Source of the DNA: Candidatus Woesearchaeota archaeon
Lineage (GTDB): Archaea > Nanobdellota > Nanobdellia > Woesearchaeales > UBA10216
Reading direction: 5' to 3'
DNA length: 51,699 nt
Assembly (NCBI GenBank): GCA_016188145.1
Contig: JACPIJ010000060.1
Span: 1 to 51,699, forward strand
Part shown: positions 51,021 through 51,699 of the stretch, one piece after another
How the letters are laid out: every line of letters starts with the position of its first letter
Numbering within the stretch: the first letter of the stretch is position 1
Translations under genes and position numbers: made by a program
Notes under the pieces: generated by a model
The model's input: the letters and a program-made list of their open reading frames with translations, nothing else
The model's database searches: none
Told to the model about the DNA's origin: nothing

Positions 51021-51620
51021 TTAGGTCTGGCTTGCTATTATCTGCTTCAGCCTTTCAAACTCTGACTCTGTTATCGTGCCGTTCATGTATTTTTCTGTTA
51101 GGTAGTGGGCCTCTGTCATTGCCGCCTGCTGCGCAAGCGACCTGTGTATGCGCATTATTCTTGAATAGTATTGTGCTCTTTCCCCTTCTTCCATCTGTGC
51201 ATACAGCTGCTTTATGCCGTTGTACAGGGCATAAGCTTCAGAGTGGTTGCCTTCCTTAACAGCATTTTCCGCTTTTTCAACAGTGCCTTTTATGCCAGGG
51301 GCTTTGCCTTCCTTCATGCCCGCCAAGGCATTTTGCCCGACCCTTGCAACGACTACCAGCACGGCTATTGACAGCAGCCCGAGCAGGGCAGAGCCGGCAG
51401 CCTTTTGCAGGCCATTCAGTTGCGCTGAGTTTATCCCATGGTCTGCAGCCTTTCCGGTTACCGCTGCAAAATTACCTTTAACAACGCTTTCTTTTGCAAC
51501 AGTGAATCCTGTTATGGTATTCGCTACAAAGAAGGTTCCGGCCAATGACAGGACTATCGCTGTGATTATGATTATCCTTCCTGCAGCAGACGCCCTTCTT
51601 TCCCTTTCCTCTTTTGTCAT
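51021..51620 (-). CDS. hypothetical two-TM protein
   Basis: MTKEERERRASAAGRIIIITAIVLSLAGTFF plus a second helix ALLGLLSIAVLVVVA. The C-terminal helical region is AYALYNGIKQLYAQMEEGERAQYY. The ORF-track start at 51629 is a TTG; the ATG is at 51620. Confidence 0.5.
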   Translation of the reverse strand: MTKEERERRASAAGRIIIITAIVLSLAGTFFVANTITGFTVAKESVVKGNFAAVTGKAADHGINSAQLNGLQKAAGSALLGLLSIAVLVVVARVGQNALAGMKEGKAPGIKGTVEKAENAVKEGNHSEAYALYNGIKQLYAQMEEGERAQYYSRIMRIHRSLAQQAAMTEAHYLTEKYMNGTITESEFERLKQIIASQT

Positions 51621-51699
51621 GCCCGCCAATTGCCTCTGCTTTTTCTGTGCTTTTTTCTATTATAAATCTTTCGCAGCAGCCGGCATAGTTGAAAATCTC

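Overview
This looks like an archaeal chromosome segment. The markers are aEF-1beta, AglB/STT3, geranylgeranyl reductase, RtcA, TTTAAATA-type TATA boxes about 25 nt upstream of many starts, and multi-intron tRNAs. The tRNA intron pattern and the small-protein content suggest a DPANN-like or similar lineage, but that is inference only. All calls come from reading the sequence and recognising motifs; no homology search or folding program was run.

Layout:
- 1-11.1 kb, minus strand: an N-glycosylation and lipid block with GT4, a sugar-phosphate TIM-barrel protein, DUF2304+GT2, a 1054-aa AglB and geranylgeranyl reductase.
- 11.2-34.8 kb: a cell-envelope island. It holds two sequon-poor CARDB-like proteins and four large secreted or anchored proteins saturated with N-X-S/T sequons, one of them a subtilase fusion. 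The island is interrupted by a permease, a three-intron tRNA-Trp, DUF192, and a minus-strand SxtJ / carbamoyltransferase / SGNH / DUF5989 cassette.
- 34.8-38.1 kb: a toxin-antitoxin pair and a low-GC Fic island with flanking repeats and a cluster of hairpins.
- 38.1-41.6 kb: an RNase-H-fold nuclease, a ChlI-like AAA+ ATPase, a vWA protein and a metallophosphoesterase.
- 41.8-44.9 kb: two lipobox proteins, one a BNR/Asp-box propeller of lower GC.
- 44.9-51.7 kb: CorA, RtcA, an intron-containing tRNA-Leu, a MazF pair, a COG2888 zinc ribbon and aEF-1beta.

The most unusual signals:
- A family of sense-oriented hairpin + ATCAAAAAC elements has six copies. Two carry a two-hairpin insert in which every stem difference is compensated.
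- One copy of that element forms the T-loop intron of tRNA-Trp.
- The canonical tRNA-Trp intron contains a box C'/D'-like guide aimed at C34.
- One envelope protein has about one N-glycosylation sequon per 12-13 residues.

No CRISPR array, rRNA, transposase or integrase was seen.
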